Shown here one piece after another: positions 8,567-16,801 of a DNA stretch of 64,000 nucleotides. Source of the stretch: a virus; IMG/VR virus record IMGVR_UViG_3300021356_000002; one strand, given 5' to 3'. The translations under genes were made by a program, and so were the position numbers. The first letter of the stretch is position 1. Each line of letters starts with the position of its first letter. Under the pieces are notes generated by a model. It had not been told where the DNA came from, did not search any database, and saw nothing but the letters and a program-made list of their open reading frames with translations.

Positions 8567-8631
8567 ATCCTATCATAGTCGGAAGAGGAGTTCAAGCGTT
8601 TTTTGCGATGTTCTTAGAATATTTTGTTATA
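8567..8631 (-). promoter_or_regulatory. Early sigma70-type promoter plus conserved box
   Basis: TTGAAC-17-TAGGAT with extended TG. Box TTAGAATATTTTGTTATA at 8614-8631, with a degenerate second copy just beyond it. Confidence 0.72.
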
Positions 8632-8652
8632 TGCTTAGAACATTCCGGAATA

Positions 8653-9075
8653 TCAGTCGCACCAAGACTCTTTGGTGCCACCGTCATAAGGCTTCGCTAG
8701 TCCACGGTCGATCTGCATCTGAGCGAAGTTCTCGCCATTTACCATCACAATACCGTTGAAGCGACCGCCGTATTTGTCCCACTGAACGACTTCGATCTGG
8801 ACCGTGTCGCCAACTGAGATGACAGACTTAGCGAATTCAGTCGCCTTAGCACCCAGTTCAGCCTCAACCTCACACTGCGCACGACCACCTTTCTCGGGCG
8901 TATCGATGCCCATAATTCGAACGCCCATGGTGTCACCAAGTTCAGGCAGAACCCAGTCGCTCACATCTACGCGAATCGTGTCGCCATCCGTGACCTTCGT
9001 GACCACCATGTCATAGGGTTCTGCTTGTGCAGATACAGCACCCGTCAAAAGTAGTGCGCCAATAATCCTTTTCAT
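8653..9075 (-). CDS. Thermonuclease (SNase) family protein with signal peptide
   Basis: VTDGDTI, VRIMGIDTPE, DKYGGR and GLAKPY motifs. N-terminal MKRIIGALLLTGAVSAQA. Confidence 0.92.
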   Translation of the reverse strand: MKRIIGALLLTGAVSAQAEPYDMVVTKVTDGDTIRVDVSDWVLPELGDTMGVRIMGIDTPEKGGRAQCEVEAELGAKATEFAKSVISVGDTVQIEVVQWDKYGGRFNGIVMVNGENFAQMQIDRGLAKPYDGGTKESWCD

Positions 9076-9290
9076 ACGTTGTTTTCCTTAATTGCTTGAA
9101 GTTCTTTTTTGGTTAGATCGCGGAACTTTCTACGAGACGGAGACCAACACTTGCTGGGCGTTTTGAACCGATGCTCTTTCATTGAACCGCGGGGAACATA
9201 GCCGAGTAACGTTCGACCATTGGTAATATATATGTGATTCGGAGTATTGTCCGACCACTCAGTTATCTCTTGCCGATATCTCTCTGCCAT
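9072..9290 (-). CDS. Hypothetical protein
   Basis: 72-aa ORF in a tight operon with a GAGG RBS. Confidence 0.7.
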   Translation of the reverse strand: MAERYRQEITEWSDNTPNHIYITNGRTLLGYVPRGSMKEHRFKTPSKCWSPSRRKFRDLTKKELQAIKENNV

Positions 9291-9711
9291 AATCTACTTC
9301 CTCAATCAACACACGACCTTCGATGTAATACTTCGGATACAGTTCGTCCCAACCATCATTGTACAGAAACATGTACCCAACTTCACTCAGACGTTCATCA
9401 AGTTCTTCCTCTTCATGAACGTTGTTAAAGCCCTCGTAAGTAAAGCCTTGATAGCCTTCTTCGATATCATCAGTTGGCTCGACGTTGGTGAAGTATGAAA
9501 AGTCGAGCAGTCTGTTAGGACTTTCAGATTTCAAATGAGACTCAAGCAAATTTACTTCAGACTCATTATCGATTCTAACACAAACGCCACCCGCTTGCAA
9601 TACGTTCTCGATCAGAACGTATCGGTTTTCTTTATTAAAACAAAGAAACTCTGCAAGCGACTTTTTATAAATCGGCCGAATCTCATACTTCTTACCAACT
9701 TCGATCTTCAC
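9259..9711 (-). CDS. Acidic hypothetical protein
   Basis: Start reassigned to GTG 9711, which makes a GTGA overlap with 9708..9860. Confidence 0.6.
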   Translation of the reverse strand: MKIEVGKKYEIRPIYKKSLAEFLCFNKENRYVLIENVLQAGGVCVRIDNESEVNLLESHLKSESPNRLLDFSYFTNVEPTDDIEEGYQGFTYEGFNNVHEEEELDERLSEVGYMFLYNDGWDELYPKYYIEGRVLIEEVDYGREISARDN

Positions 9712-9860
9712 AGCATCGACACCCTTTTCTCTAGAATTTTGATCTCGCGATCTTTCCGCTTTTGCCACGCTTCTTGAGTGCGACCATTCTTCTCAAAGAA
9801 CTTAGACTCTTTGAGACGAGCAAGAGCGCCTTCGCGCCTATTCCGAAGATTCTTCTTCAT
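9708..9860 (-). CDS. Small basic protein (50 aa)
   Basis: Read manually (MKKNLRNRREGALARLKESKFFEK...). AAGGAG RBS. Confidence 0.65.
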   Translation of the reverse strand: MKKNLRNRREGALARLKESKFFEKNGRTQEAWQKRKDREIKILEKRVSML

Positions 9861-9963
9861 ACTCACATTTCTCCTTTACGTAAGGACATTCGTTGGTACG
9901 GTTTGGCATTTCTACCTCAACGTACGTCATCCATCCAGCCAAAACAATCACTGCTACCCACAT
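9838..9963 (-). CDS. Small membrane or exported peptide (41 aa)
   Basis: Read manually (MWVAVIVLAGWMTYVEVE...). GGAG RBS and TAATG overlap. Confidence 0.5.
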   Translation of the reverse strand: MWVAVIVLAGWMTYVEVEMPNRTNECPYVKEKCEYEEESSE

Positions 9964-10298
9964 TACTTACCCATCTCCGAAATTTCAGTTGCGTGTTTGG
10001 GATTGGTCACGGGTACCGCGTTAGACTTGTGCATCGTTGCGATGCCGATTACGTAGTCTCCCGTGTACTTTTGACTCTCGACCTTGTTGCCACTTCCAAG
10101 CGAGCGTCCAGCAGTGTCAGTCCGACTTGGGTATTGCTTTGCTTCTGCACGGCGAACATCTGCGTACGTCGGTTGCTTTGCTGTTGGCATCTCTGTAAAT
10201 TTCGGTGGCGTGTATTTGCCATAGACTTCTCCCTTCGGTTTAGATTTTTTTCTTCGACGACCAGCATAGTCGTGGTTTAACGAATAGTATCGCATCAA
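9963..10298 (-). CDS. Conserved T4-like phage hypothetical protein
   Basis: C-terminal YTGDYVIGIATMHKSNAVPV, a motif I recognise from marine T4-like phages. Confidence 0.75.
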   Translation of the reverse strand: MMRYYSLNHDYAGRRRKKSKPKGEVYGKYTPPKFTEMPTAKQPTYADVRRAEAKQYPSRTDTAGRSLGSGNKVESQKYTGDYVIGIATMHKSNAVPVTNPKHATEISEMGK

Positions 10299-10384
10299 CT
10301 TATCCTTCGTTTTCTAAATCCCACACACAGCGAACGGGCTCTCTAGATTTTGACTGAGTAAATCTAGTAGGCTCGTCCTCTGAA

Positions 10385-10951
10385 TTAGAACCCCGCAAGA
10401 CGGTGATTAACTTTAGAATGCTTTTCTTCATCATTTCGTACATGATAGATCATATCTCTGAGAGTCGCTCCCTCTGGCATATCGTAGTAATCTATTGCCA
10501 GTTGCGGAGCAGGTACATTTTCTATCGTCCCCGCATCGATAAGTTCAAGGTATTCAGTGTAAGACCTGACGGCTTCTTCTTCGAAGTAAGCGATCATTTT
10601 GTGTGCTGTATTAGGAGTTATTAGATACAGCACCAGATAAAAATGCCAAAAGATAAACTGTGCGAGCAAAACCAATCCTCGCTCAAACGCATTTGGCTTT
10701 GCTATCTCGATAAAGAACATCAAGTGCATTCGTTCATTTTCAGCCTCGGCTAGCAGTTCTCGTATCGTGGGACCGTAGCCAGTTTTCATTTTACGCAAAC
10801 TGCGTAAGTGAATCATCATGCCAGCAACCATCCCCGGCACACCTGCAATTGTTTCAAGAACAACAGCACGATGACCATACCTTTTGGCAAAGAATGTATC
10901 CGCAATGAAGCGAAAGAACTTGGTCATCGATTTTGCAAAAGCATTTCTCAT
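10385..10951 (-). CDS. aox: Alternative oxidase (ubiquinol oxidase, AOX family)
   Basis: All di-iron ligands are present: LETIAGVPGMV, EAENERMHL, FEEEAVRSYT and RNDEEKH. PAPQLAIDYY is an AOX-type rather than PTOX-type signature. Confidence 0.93.
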   Translation of the reverse strand: MRNAFAKSMTKFFRFIADTFFAKRYGHRAVVLETIAGVPGMVAGMMIHLRSLRKMKTGYGPTIRELLAEAENERMHLMFFIEIAKPNAFERGLVLLAQFIFWHFYLVLYLITPNTAHKMIAYFEEEAVRSYTEYLELIDAGTIENVPAPQLAIDYYDMPEGATLRDMIYHVRNDEEKHSKVNHRLAGF

Positions 10952-10963
10952 TCAGCCATTATC

Positions 10964-11425
10964 TCATATTTTCCAGCTGATTTCAATACGTGTGTTGCCA
11001 GTCTCGTCCCAGTGATAGTCGCACCCACACTCTTTGATAATAGGCAGAATGGCTTTCAGATTTTCGACGCCCTCTTTGTCGCCAGCGAAACAGAAGTAGC
11101 TGGAGAATTGTTGCTTAGGCGTATTGCAGATGAAACCAGAAACCGAAGTGTCATACTCAGAAATATCGAATCCTTCTTCGATTTCACCAGAGCCGAAACA
11201 TTCCATGCATTCATCATCGGTGTCGTGGTCGTAACCCTCGCCTTGGCAAGTTGGGCATTCTTCGCCTTCCATGTAGACTTCACAGTCTTGCGAGTGATTG
11301 AACAGCACCCTCGACAGATCATCATGCTCGACTTCAGCCCATGCGCAGGACTGACAACACGGCAGATTCCAACCGACAAACCAGCCCTCTTCACTCAACC
11401 GCTCTTGCAATACTTCAAACGACAT
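10964..11425 (-). CDS. Cys-rich protein with an inserted DnaJ-type zinc finger
   Basis: CCQSCAW, then CPTCQGEG...CMECFGSG. Confidence 0.7.
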   Translation of the reverse strand: MSFEVLQERLSEEGWFVGWNLPCCQSCAWAEVEHDDLSRVLFNHSQDCEVYMEGEECPTCQGEGYDHDTDDECMECFGSGEIEEGFDISEYDTSVSGFICNTPKQQFSSYFCFAGDKEGVENLKAILPIIKECGCDYHWDETGNTRIEISWKI

Positions 11426-11433
11426 AACTTCTC

Positions 11434-11865
11434 CTAGTTGTTAAACGGCAAGTGAAAGGGGAAACAAGTGTGAAACAATTCTGTCTCAAGGCGATACGCT
11501 TCTTTCTCCCAAGGCTGATTGTCATACTCATAGCCATCAGCGTTGCGACCCTTCCACTTCCAAGCGCCTTCTGCAACCAACTCACCACGCAAAAACTGGC
11601 GAGCATGAACCATCTCATGAGCCAGAGTGTGCATCATTTCTGTAAAGCCAAGTTTGCGACCAGTGACTGGACACTTCTTGGCGATAGTGATCTTGGCATA
11701 GTCGCGATCACCCTCGCAGAGACCGTAAGCGTCAAGCTTGTTAGCGAAATCGATCTCTAGCAGAGGCTTGCGCAACCGACTCAGCCCTAGGGCTTTGATC
11801 AAAGCAGGCACATAGTAATCAAGCACCGCTTCGTTTCTGACACGACCACCAATGGCATAAATCAT
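11434..11865 (-). CDS. HExxH metallopeptidase-like protein
   Basis: TLAHEMVHARQ...QPWEKEAY. Confidence 0.85.
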   Translation of the reverse strand: MIYAIGGRVRNEAVLDYYVPALIKALGLSRLRKPLLEIDFANKLDAYGLCEGDRDYAKITIAKKCPVTGRKLGFTEMMHTLAHEMVHARQFLRGELVAEGAWKWKGRNADGYEYDNQPWEKEAYRLETELFHTCFPFHLPFNN

Positions 11866-11889
11866 AGGAATCCTCTCACTGAAAATGCT

Positions 11890-11975
11890 ATCCTACCATA
11901 GAACAGCATCAGAGTCAACCACTTTTTTCATGAATTTTTTCTATTGTTTTCGGAACATTGATCGATTTTATCAAT
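11890..11975 (-). promoter_or_regulatory. Sigma70-type promoter with upstream LysR-like dyads
   Basis: TTGACT-17-TAGGAT at 11890-11918. Dyads ATGA-N7-CTAT (11930-11944) and ATCG-N7-CAAT (11961-11975). Confidence 0.6.
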
Positions 11976-11986
11976 AATGAATAAAA

Positions 11987-12400
11987 TCAACCACTTACGT
12001 TCACTACTCGCTGGCGGAGATCACTGGAGCTAAACCGATGATCCCGCTTGTTAAAGTACAATTGTATGTCGCGGCGACGGCAGATATCTTTGCCCGTAAA
12101 CTCACGGTCTCGATACTCATCGCCTAAAATTCGAACGTCGAGGTGATACAGTTCAAGGATGTCTTTGAGGTCTTCTTCTGTCTGGTACGGAATGATTTCG
12201 TCTACGTAACTGACAGCCTTGAGTTGTGTGTATCGCTCGACTAGGGTTTGAACGGGCGAGTTCTTTTCAGAACGATCCAGTGAAGGATCGACCTGAAGCC
12301 CGCAGATAAGATAGTCGCAATGCTGTTTAGCATCACGAAGCATTTGAACATGACCCGCGTGTAACAGGTCAAAAGTTGAACAGGTGAAACCGATCTTCAT
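11987..12400 (-). CDS. Cytidylyltransferase (TagD / glycerol-3-phosphate cytidylyltransferase-like)
   Basis: GFTCSTFDLLHAGH (HxGH motif) and RDHRFSSSDLR. Start placed at the ATGA overlap with the deaminase. Confidence 0.88.
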   Translation of the reverse strand: MKIGFTCSTFDLLHAGHVQMLRDAKQHCDYLICGLQVDPSLDRSEKNSPVQTLVERYTQLKAVSYVDEIIPYQTEEDLKDILELYHLDVRILGDEYRDREFTGKDICRRRDIQLYFNKRDHRFSSSDLRQRVVNVSG

Positions 12401-12864
12401 AATTTGATTACCGCCACTCCACATTGTTTCAAAAACTCTTTACCGCATCCTTTCGCGGCTTCATACTCTACATCATAATAGAGATGGGATATGCCACTTT
12501 GATAGATCAGTTTGGCACACTCGATACATGGCAGGTGTGTGCAGAACATTGTTGCGCCTTCGCACGACTCAGCACTTCTTGCCATCTTTGCAATGGCATT
12601 TGATTCTGCGTGTAACACTTCGGGCTTCGTTTTATATGCTCCATAAATCTCACGATCACCTTCGTGAACTTCGAAGTTAATACCGTCTAAAGGTTCCCAT
12701 TCTTCGCACTCGTTATTCCATCCGGCGGGCATGCCGTTGTATCCAATAGAAACGATACGATTGTCCTTCACGATGATCGCGCCGACTTTTGCTCGACGGG
12801 CTGTACTGAGTTCTGCGAATCGCTTCGCGGTGTCCATATACGCATCTAGAAATTTTTTCTTCAC
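12397..12864 (-). CDS. cd: dCMP deaminase
   Basis: VGAIIV, GYNG, HAESNAI and PCIEC zinc motifs. Confidence 0.93.
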   Translation of the reverse strand: MKKKFLDAYMDTAKRFAELSTARRAKVGAIIVKDNRIVSIGYNGMPAGWNNECEEWEPLDGINFEVHEGDREIYGAYKTKPEVLHAESNAIAKMARSAESCEGATMFCTHLPCIECAKLIYQSGISHLYYDVEYEAAKGCGKEFLKQCGVAVIKL

Positions 12865-12937
12865 GAGTCATCTTCACCTTTTACGACCAGCCAAGTCACG
12901 ATAACAAGGCTAGCGAATAATACAGTTACTAACAACA

Positions 12938-13150
12938 TCACTTAAACGCCATAACAAAAAGAATGAGTAGCAGTAGAACATTAGTGAAGAACAGTTCCAC
13001 CGCCAGTAACGTGTGATACCACACCCAACGTGCTTGATAGACTTTTTCTACTTCACCCTCTTGAGGCAGATTTTCAACAATCGCTTTGTCAATAGGATTT
13101 TCTTCGATAGGTCTCTCAAACACTTTTACAATTCGACTGAATACGCTCAA
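12938..13150 (-). CDS. Small membrane protein
   Basis: C-terminal transmembrane segment. Confidence 0.65.
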   Translation of the reverse strand: MSVFSRIVKVFERPIEENPIDKAIVENLPQEGEVEKVYQARWVWYHTLLAVELFFTNVLLLLILFVMAFK

Positions 13151-13359
13151 TGAATTTTTCGCACCTGATAGTTAAAAGCATCTTGAGTCTGCATCGTAAA
13201 TTTTTCGCCAGTAACCAAGATACCCACTAGATTGTTTTGATTGATCTTCTGAATTGATTTCATGTTGTATACCTGCCTTTTAGCAGGATCATGCCATACA
13301 ATTACTTCATACTCTTCAGTGAAAAGAGTTTTGAGCCAGCTCTTAATCTTTTGCATCAT
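13147..13359 (-). CDS. Hypothetical protein
   Basis: Likely start MMQKIK after GAGGA; the longer ORF overlaps the upstream gene heavily. Confidence 0.55.
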   Translation of the reverse strand: MMQKIKSWLKTLFTEEYEVIVWHDPAKRQVYNMKSIQKINQNNLVGILVTGEKFTMQTQDAFNYQVRKIH

Positions 13360-13609
13360 CCAAGTCCTCACGCTCTTTACGGAGGCTATGATATTCTTCG
13401 CAAACGTCATCAAACGAAGCCCATAATTTTTTAAACTTGACATCATAAACCTCCTTTAGTCCCAGGTATTTATTCATAATTGAATCTGCAATATCAGGAG
13501 GCAAATGCGCAAAATTTGGACTGTCAATGAAATGCGCAGTGATCATATCGAGATCCTCCGTGACATTCCAACAGGCTAAGATTTCTTGCTCAAGATCAAA
13601 AATTTTCAT
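13343..13609 (-). CDS. Hypothetical protein
   Basis: FDLEQEILACW motif; ATGA overlap. Confidence 0.7.
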   Translation of the reverse strand: MKIFDLEQEILACWNVTEDLDMITAHFIDSPNFAHLPPDIADSIMNKYLGLKEVYDVKFKKLWASFDDVCEEYHSLRKEREDLDDAKD

Positions 13610-13971
13610 AACTTGTGCCCTTGCGTACGTCGAACAATATCATCACCATCAAACTCAGCCCAGTATAACTCAAAAGCCACACCGTCTTCAATACCTACGA
13701 ATTGATGCCACTTGCCCGGCTCGACTTTGTAGTATTCACCCGCACGTAGAATCGTCTGATCACAAACAGTCGGACGAGAATCATTTGGTTGAGTACCATC
13801 AGGCCAAGTACGCACCATCAGAACACCAGACTCGACATAGAAACCATTCCACTTGGTCTTATGATAGTGTTCGCTACAGCAATGGTTTGCCATAAACTCG
13901 ATTCGGTGAAACTCAAACGTGCTATTGTGTTCGATGAGTTCCGTGTTACCCCATACCTTACCTGCTTTCAC
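13606..13971 (-). CDS. Cupin-fold protein (mannose-6-phosphate isomerase / sugar isomerase-like)
   Basis: KVWG, SEHYHKTKWNGFYVESG and PGKWHQF cupin motifs. Confidence 0.8.
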   Translation of the reverse strand: MKAGKVWGNTELIEHNSTFEFHRIEFMANHCCSEHYHKTKWNGFYVESGVLMVRTWPDGTQPNDSRPTVCDQTILRAGEYYKVEPGKWHQFVGIEDGVAFELYWAEFDGDDIVRRTQGHKL

Positions 13972-14216
13972 TACAATTCTCCTTCTACTAAAATCGCATC
14001 GTCTTTTGAGACGAAATTGATAAATCGCTTACCATAGACCTCATCTGGATCTTGTAGTGATTTATATTCTTTTTCTTCAACGGCTAGAAGCGGGACGCAC
14101 TGACCAACTTTGTTGGCGTACCACTTTCGAGGATCGCTACACTTCTGGATCAAAATCTTCATTAGGCACTCCATAGTATTCAAGTACTGTCGTAAACGCA
14201 CGAACATGTTCAACAA
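13971..14216 (-). CDS. Hypothetical protein (true start probably near MKILIQKC)
   Basis: Fills the gap in the operon. Confidence 0.5.
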   Translation of the reverse strand: MLNMFVRLRQYLNTMECLMKILIQKCSDPRKWYANKVGQCVPLLAVEEKEYKSLQDPDEVYGKRFINFVSKDDAILVEGEL

Positions 14217-14550
14217 GATAGTTTACATCTTTAACCGGATCACTGTCAAAGAAAGAAAGACCTTCACCGTTACTGCGCTCTTCAATGCTTTGCTCAAATC
14301 CAGCAATAGCATTTTTCAATTCTTGAATAACGATGGCATCGACCTGTTCGTCTACCATCTCGATCACCACTTTACTCATTTCTTTTTTCCTCAGAGTCCA
14401 AGACCCATTACCATTGTCTATCCATTCAATATCGTCGCCTTCTTTCCAGCCAAGCAACTCCATCTCTTCGTCAGGAAAGATCAGATATTGACCATCTGAA
14501 TCTTCTTGCACATCAAGCGTATACCTACGAGCGGTATCTGGTATTTGCAT
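14137..14550 (-). CDS. AbrB/MazE-like N-terminal domain protein
   Basis: YLIFPDEEMELLGWKEGDDIEW swapped-hairpin signature. Confidence 0.65.
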   Translation of the reverse strand: MQIPDTARRYTLDVQEDSDGQYLIFPDEEMELLGWKEGDDIEWIDNGNGSWTLRKKEMSKVVIEMVDEQVDAIVIQELKNAIAGFEQSIEERSNGEGLSFFDSDPVKDVNYLVEHVRAFTTVLEYYGVPNEDFDPEV

Positions 14551-15298
14551 CGATAGTATCCTTTAAGAACTGCACGTCGGCACCAGCCTCTTCGCCAAAC
14601 TTAGCAAAGGCTGCCATGTCTTTCGGAAAACAGTGCCCACCATAACCGAACGAGCCATCAGGACCTGGCACTTGCGTATGCGAGCGACCGATGCGAGGAT
14701 CAAGACAGAGACCATCGATCACAACGTCAAAGTCTTGACCACCACAGGCTTGAAAAATCTCGTGGGCTTGATTAAAGAATGTCACTTTGGTTGCAAGAAA
14801 ACAGTTCAGCAAATACTTAGCGAACGAGGCTTGCTCGGCTGTCATATAGCGAACTTGCTTCAGATTAGGCAAGACAGGTGCGAATATCTCGTGCCACCAG
14901 CGCATCGAACCACCACCATAAATCGCAAACTCTGAGTCAAGAAACTCTTGAGTTGGATTCGATCCAGTGGTGCCCTTCAGATACTCAGGGCTGAACGTAA
15001 TGTCCAGATGATCAAACTCACGCAGAAATATAGGGTTTGTGGTCGACTTGATCAGATACTTGGTGTCTCGGAACTTATTGAAAACATCTCGCACGTTATC
15101 AGTAAAACACGAGCCATCATCACCCATAGGCGTAGCGACACAGACAACGACTCCATCAACAGAGTCAGTCAGATTGTCTGGATAATTTGAGCCCTTGGCA
15201 GGATCATCAAAGAACAGATCAATGTCTGGATGCTTTTCAAGTGCGGTACCTACAGCAGTACCAACGGGACCAAGACCCGCAACAACAATGCGTGGCAT
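14525..15298 (-). CDS. UDP-glucose/GDP-mannose dehydrogenase-like protein lacking the C-terminal domain
   Basis: GLGPVG NAD-binding motif, CVATP, IKST, SPEYL, KY..N.FLATKVTF and catalytic YGGHCFPKD. Confidence 0.85.
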   Translation of the reverse strand: MPRIVVAGLGPVGTAVGTALEKHPDIDLFFDDPAKGSNYPDNLTDSVDGVVVCVATPMGDDGSCFTDNVRDVFNKFRDTKYLIKSTTNPIFLREFDHLDITFSPEYLKGTTGSNPTQEFLDSEFAIYGGGSMRWWHEIFAPVLPNLKQVRYMTAEQASFAKYLLNCFLATKVTFFNQAHEIFQACGGQDFDVVIDGLCLDPRIGRSHTQVPGPDGSFGYGGHCFPKDMAAFAKFGEEAGADVQFLKDTIDANTRYRS

Positions 15299-15508
15299 TC
15301 ACTTCTCCATAAATTTTTCAAGATAACTGCCGCCCACATCGTCAATGTAAGTGCAGAGGTCATAGAACTTTTCTACGACCAAATAAAAAATGTCCCAGAT
15401 CAAAACTGGAACAACAATCAATGATAACTTAAACGCACGTCGATAGTCAATATCCGACAGCGCGTCCGTTAATCTCTCCCCAAGTTTCGCTATCCACCCT
15501 TTCTTCAT
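15299..15508 (-). CDS. Small membrane protein
   Basis: Central hydrophobic segment. Confidence 0.55.
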   Translation of the reverse strand: MKKGWIAKLGERLTDALSDIDYRRAFKLSLIVVPVLIWDIFYLVVEKFYDLCTYIDDVGGSYLEKFMEK

Positions 15509-15659
15509 ATTCTGGATACTCCTCGCACAGATCGGATAAACGTTCGCAGATTTCTAACGACTGCTTTGAATAAATCATTTTCGGAACTTTTGGACTGGTG
15601 TCAGTCAACAGTTCTGTCACTAGCTTTTTATATAGCGACTTAAATTCCTCGTAACTCAT
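15447..15659 (-). CDS. Hypothetical protein
   Basis: AAGGA RBS; lies within the operon. Confidence 0.55.
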   Translation of the reverse strand: MSYEEFKSLYKKLVTELLTDTSPKVPKMIYSKQSLEICERLSDLCEEYPEYEERVDSETWGEINGRAVGY

Positions 15660-15817
15660 GACACGTCCTTTTCAACGATAGACCAAACACGATCAGGGTA
15701 CTCGGCTTGAAGCTCCTTCAGCGTGTACTCTGCCATAAAATACGAAGTCTCAGACCAAGTGTAAACGGACTCGGTCTGACCTTCGTAAGTAATCAAAAAA
15801 ATGTAGCAGTCTTCCAT
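15656..15817 (-). CDS. Small hypothetical protein (53 aa)
   Basis: Read manually (MEDCYIFLITYEGQTESVY...). TAATG and ATGA overlaps at its two ends. Confidence 0.6.
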   Translation of the reverse strand: MEDCYIFLITYEGQTESVYTWSETSYFMAEYTLKELQAEYPDRVWSIVEKDVS

Positions 15818-16089
15818 TACGAAATCACCTGAACACGACCATCGTAGTCGAAAGTAGTTTCGAAGGGAACGTAGCCGATGTCACCGATTCGCGAATCATC
15901 GTCCGTGTCAGCGCCAGTGATCTCGATGTGAAATCCTTCGAACATCGGAAACTTATGGAGAGGGTGAATCACAGTACCCTTCTTGATGACACGACCAACA
16001 ATAAAGTGCTCGTGACGACCCTCGATAGGTTCAAAGTCAAATGCTTTGATAACGTCACCGATCTCAGCAGTGTTTTCATACTTCAACAT
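15817..16089 (-). CDS. Hypothetical early protein
   Basis: GGAGG RBS; small beta-rich protein. Confidence 0.75.
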   Translation of the reverse strand: MLKYENTAEIGDVIKAFDFEPIEGRHEHFIVGRVIKKGTVIHPLHKFPMFEGFHIEITGADTDDDSRIGDIGYVPFETTFDYDGRVQVIS

Positions 16090-16091
16090 AA

Positions 16092-16475
16092 TTAAGCCTC
16101 CAGAACGTAAGGTTTGCCAAACTGACCAACGTTGATGTAGACATAGTGACTTCTGTGAAAGTAGTCAGTCATAATGTCATCGTTGCAGAAAAAGTCAGGA
16201 CCCTCAAGAGCGGCTTTGAGTTCGCTCAAAAACGCAACAACTTTAGGACAGTTGTAGTTCTCTTCGATCCAGTAAGGGTTGACCTGAATGTAGTCTCGAT
16301 CAAACTCGTTACCACCTTCAAGGGCACCAAGAACATCAAGCTTACCGCTCTTGATGTTGCAGACTAAGCCGCTGTGATGCTGAACCGCAAGAGTTCCCTT
16401 CATGCCGTACTTCTTGAGTACAGCCTTGATGCCGGGAGCTAACTTCTTCTTCATTTCTTGACTAACATACGCCAT
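16092..16475 (-). CDS. Conserved early phage protein
   Basis: MAYVSQE...NDDIMTDYFHRSHY; first gene after an early promoter. Confidence 0.8.
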   Translation of the reverse strand: MAYVSQEMKKKLAPGIKAVLKKYGMKGTLAVQHHSGLVCNIKSGKLDVLGALEGGNEFDRDYIQVNPYWIEENYNCPKVVAFLSELKAALEGPDFFCNDDIMTDYFHRSHYVYINVGQFGKPYVLEA

Positions 16476-16508
16476 AACAAACAACCTCTCATCTCAAATT
16501 ACATAGTA

Positions 16509-16573
16509 ATTATCGCAGGAATCCAAGAGGTCGTCAACACTTTTTTAAACTTTTTTTAGACTTTTTTGTTATA
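16509..16573 (-). promoter_or_regulatory. Early sigma70-type promoter plus conserved box
   Basis: TTGACG-17-GATAAT with extended TG and an A-tract. Box TTAGACTTTTTTGTTATA at 16556-16573. Confidence 0.78.
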
Positions 16574-16591
16574 AGCTTATAAATCAACGAC

Positions 16592-16801
16592 TTAGGAGGG
16601 TGGACGAAAACTGCGTTGACCAGTTTCTTCGTCTTCTTCAGCGGCTGGTGGAGGGCAGATTTGACCACGCGCATTACCGCTTGCTACGCCAGGAACGCCG
16701 CCATTGACAGAGACATTCCAGCAAGGGAGATTGGCGCACCCACTAACCGTGAGTAGCGCCAAGACACTAAAAGTAAGTTTCAAGCATTTCCAATCGATCA
16801 T
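16592..16801 (-). CDS. Small putative lipoprotein
   Basis: Lipobox-like LTVSG|C. The start is uncertain. Confidence 0.5.
   Translation of the reverse strand: MIDWKCLKLTFSVLALLTVSGCANLPCWNVSVNGGVPGVASGNARGQICPPPAAEEDEETGQRSFRPPS

Noticed and set aside
10299-10384. Possible tRNA or SECIS element after aox
   Set aside because: No cloverleaf, T-loop or CCA end, and the preceding stop is TAA rather than TGA.
10385-10951. PTOX, implying a cyanophage
   Set aside because: Motifs are AOX-type (AGVPGMV, NERMHL, PAPxxAIxYY), and no photosynthesis genes appear in this window. The host remains unproven.
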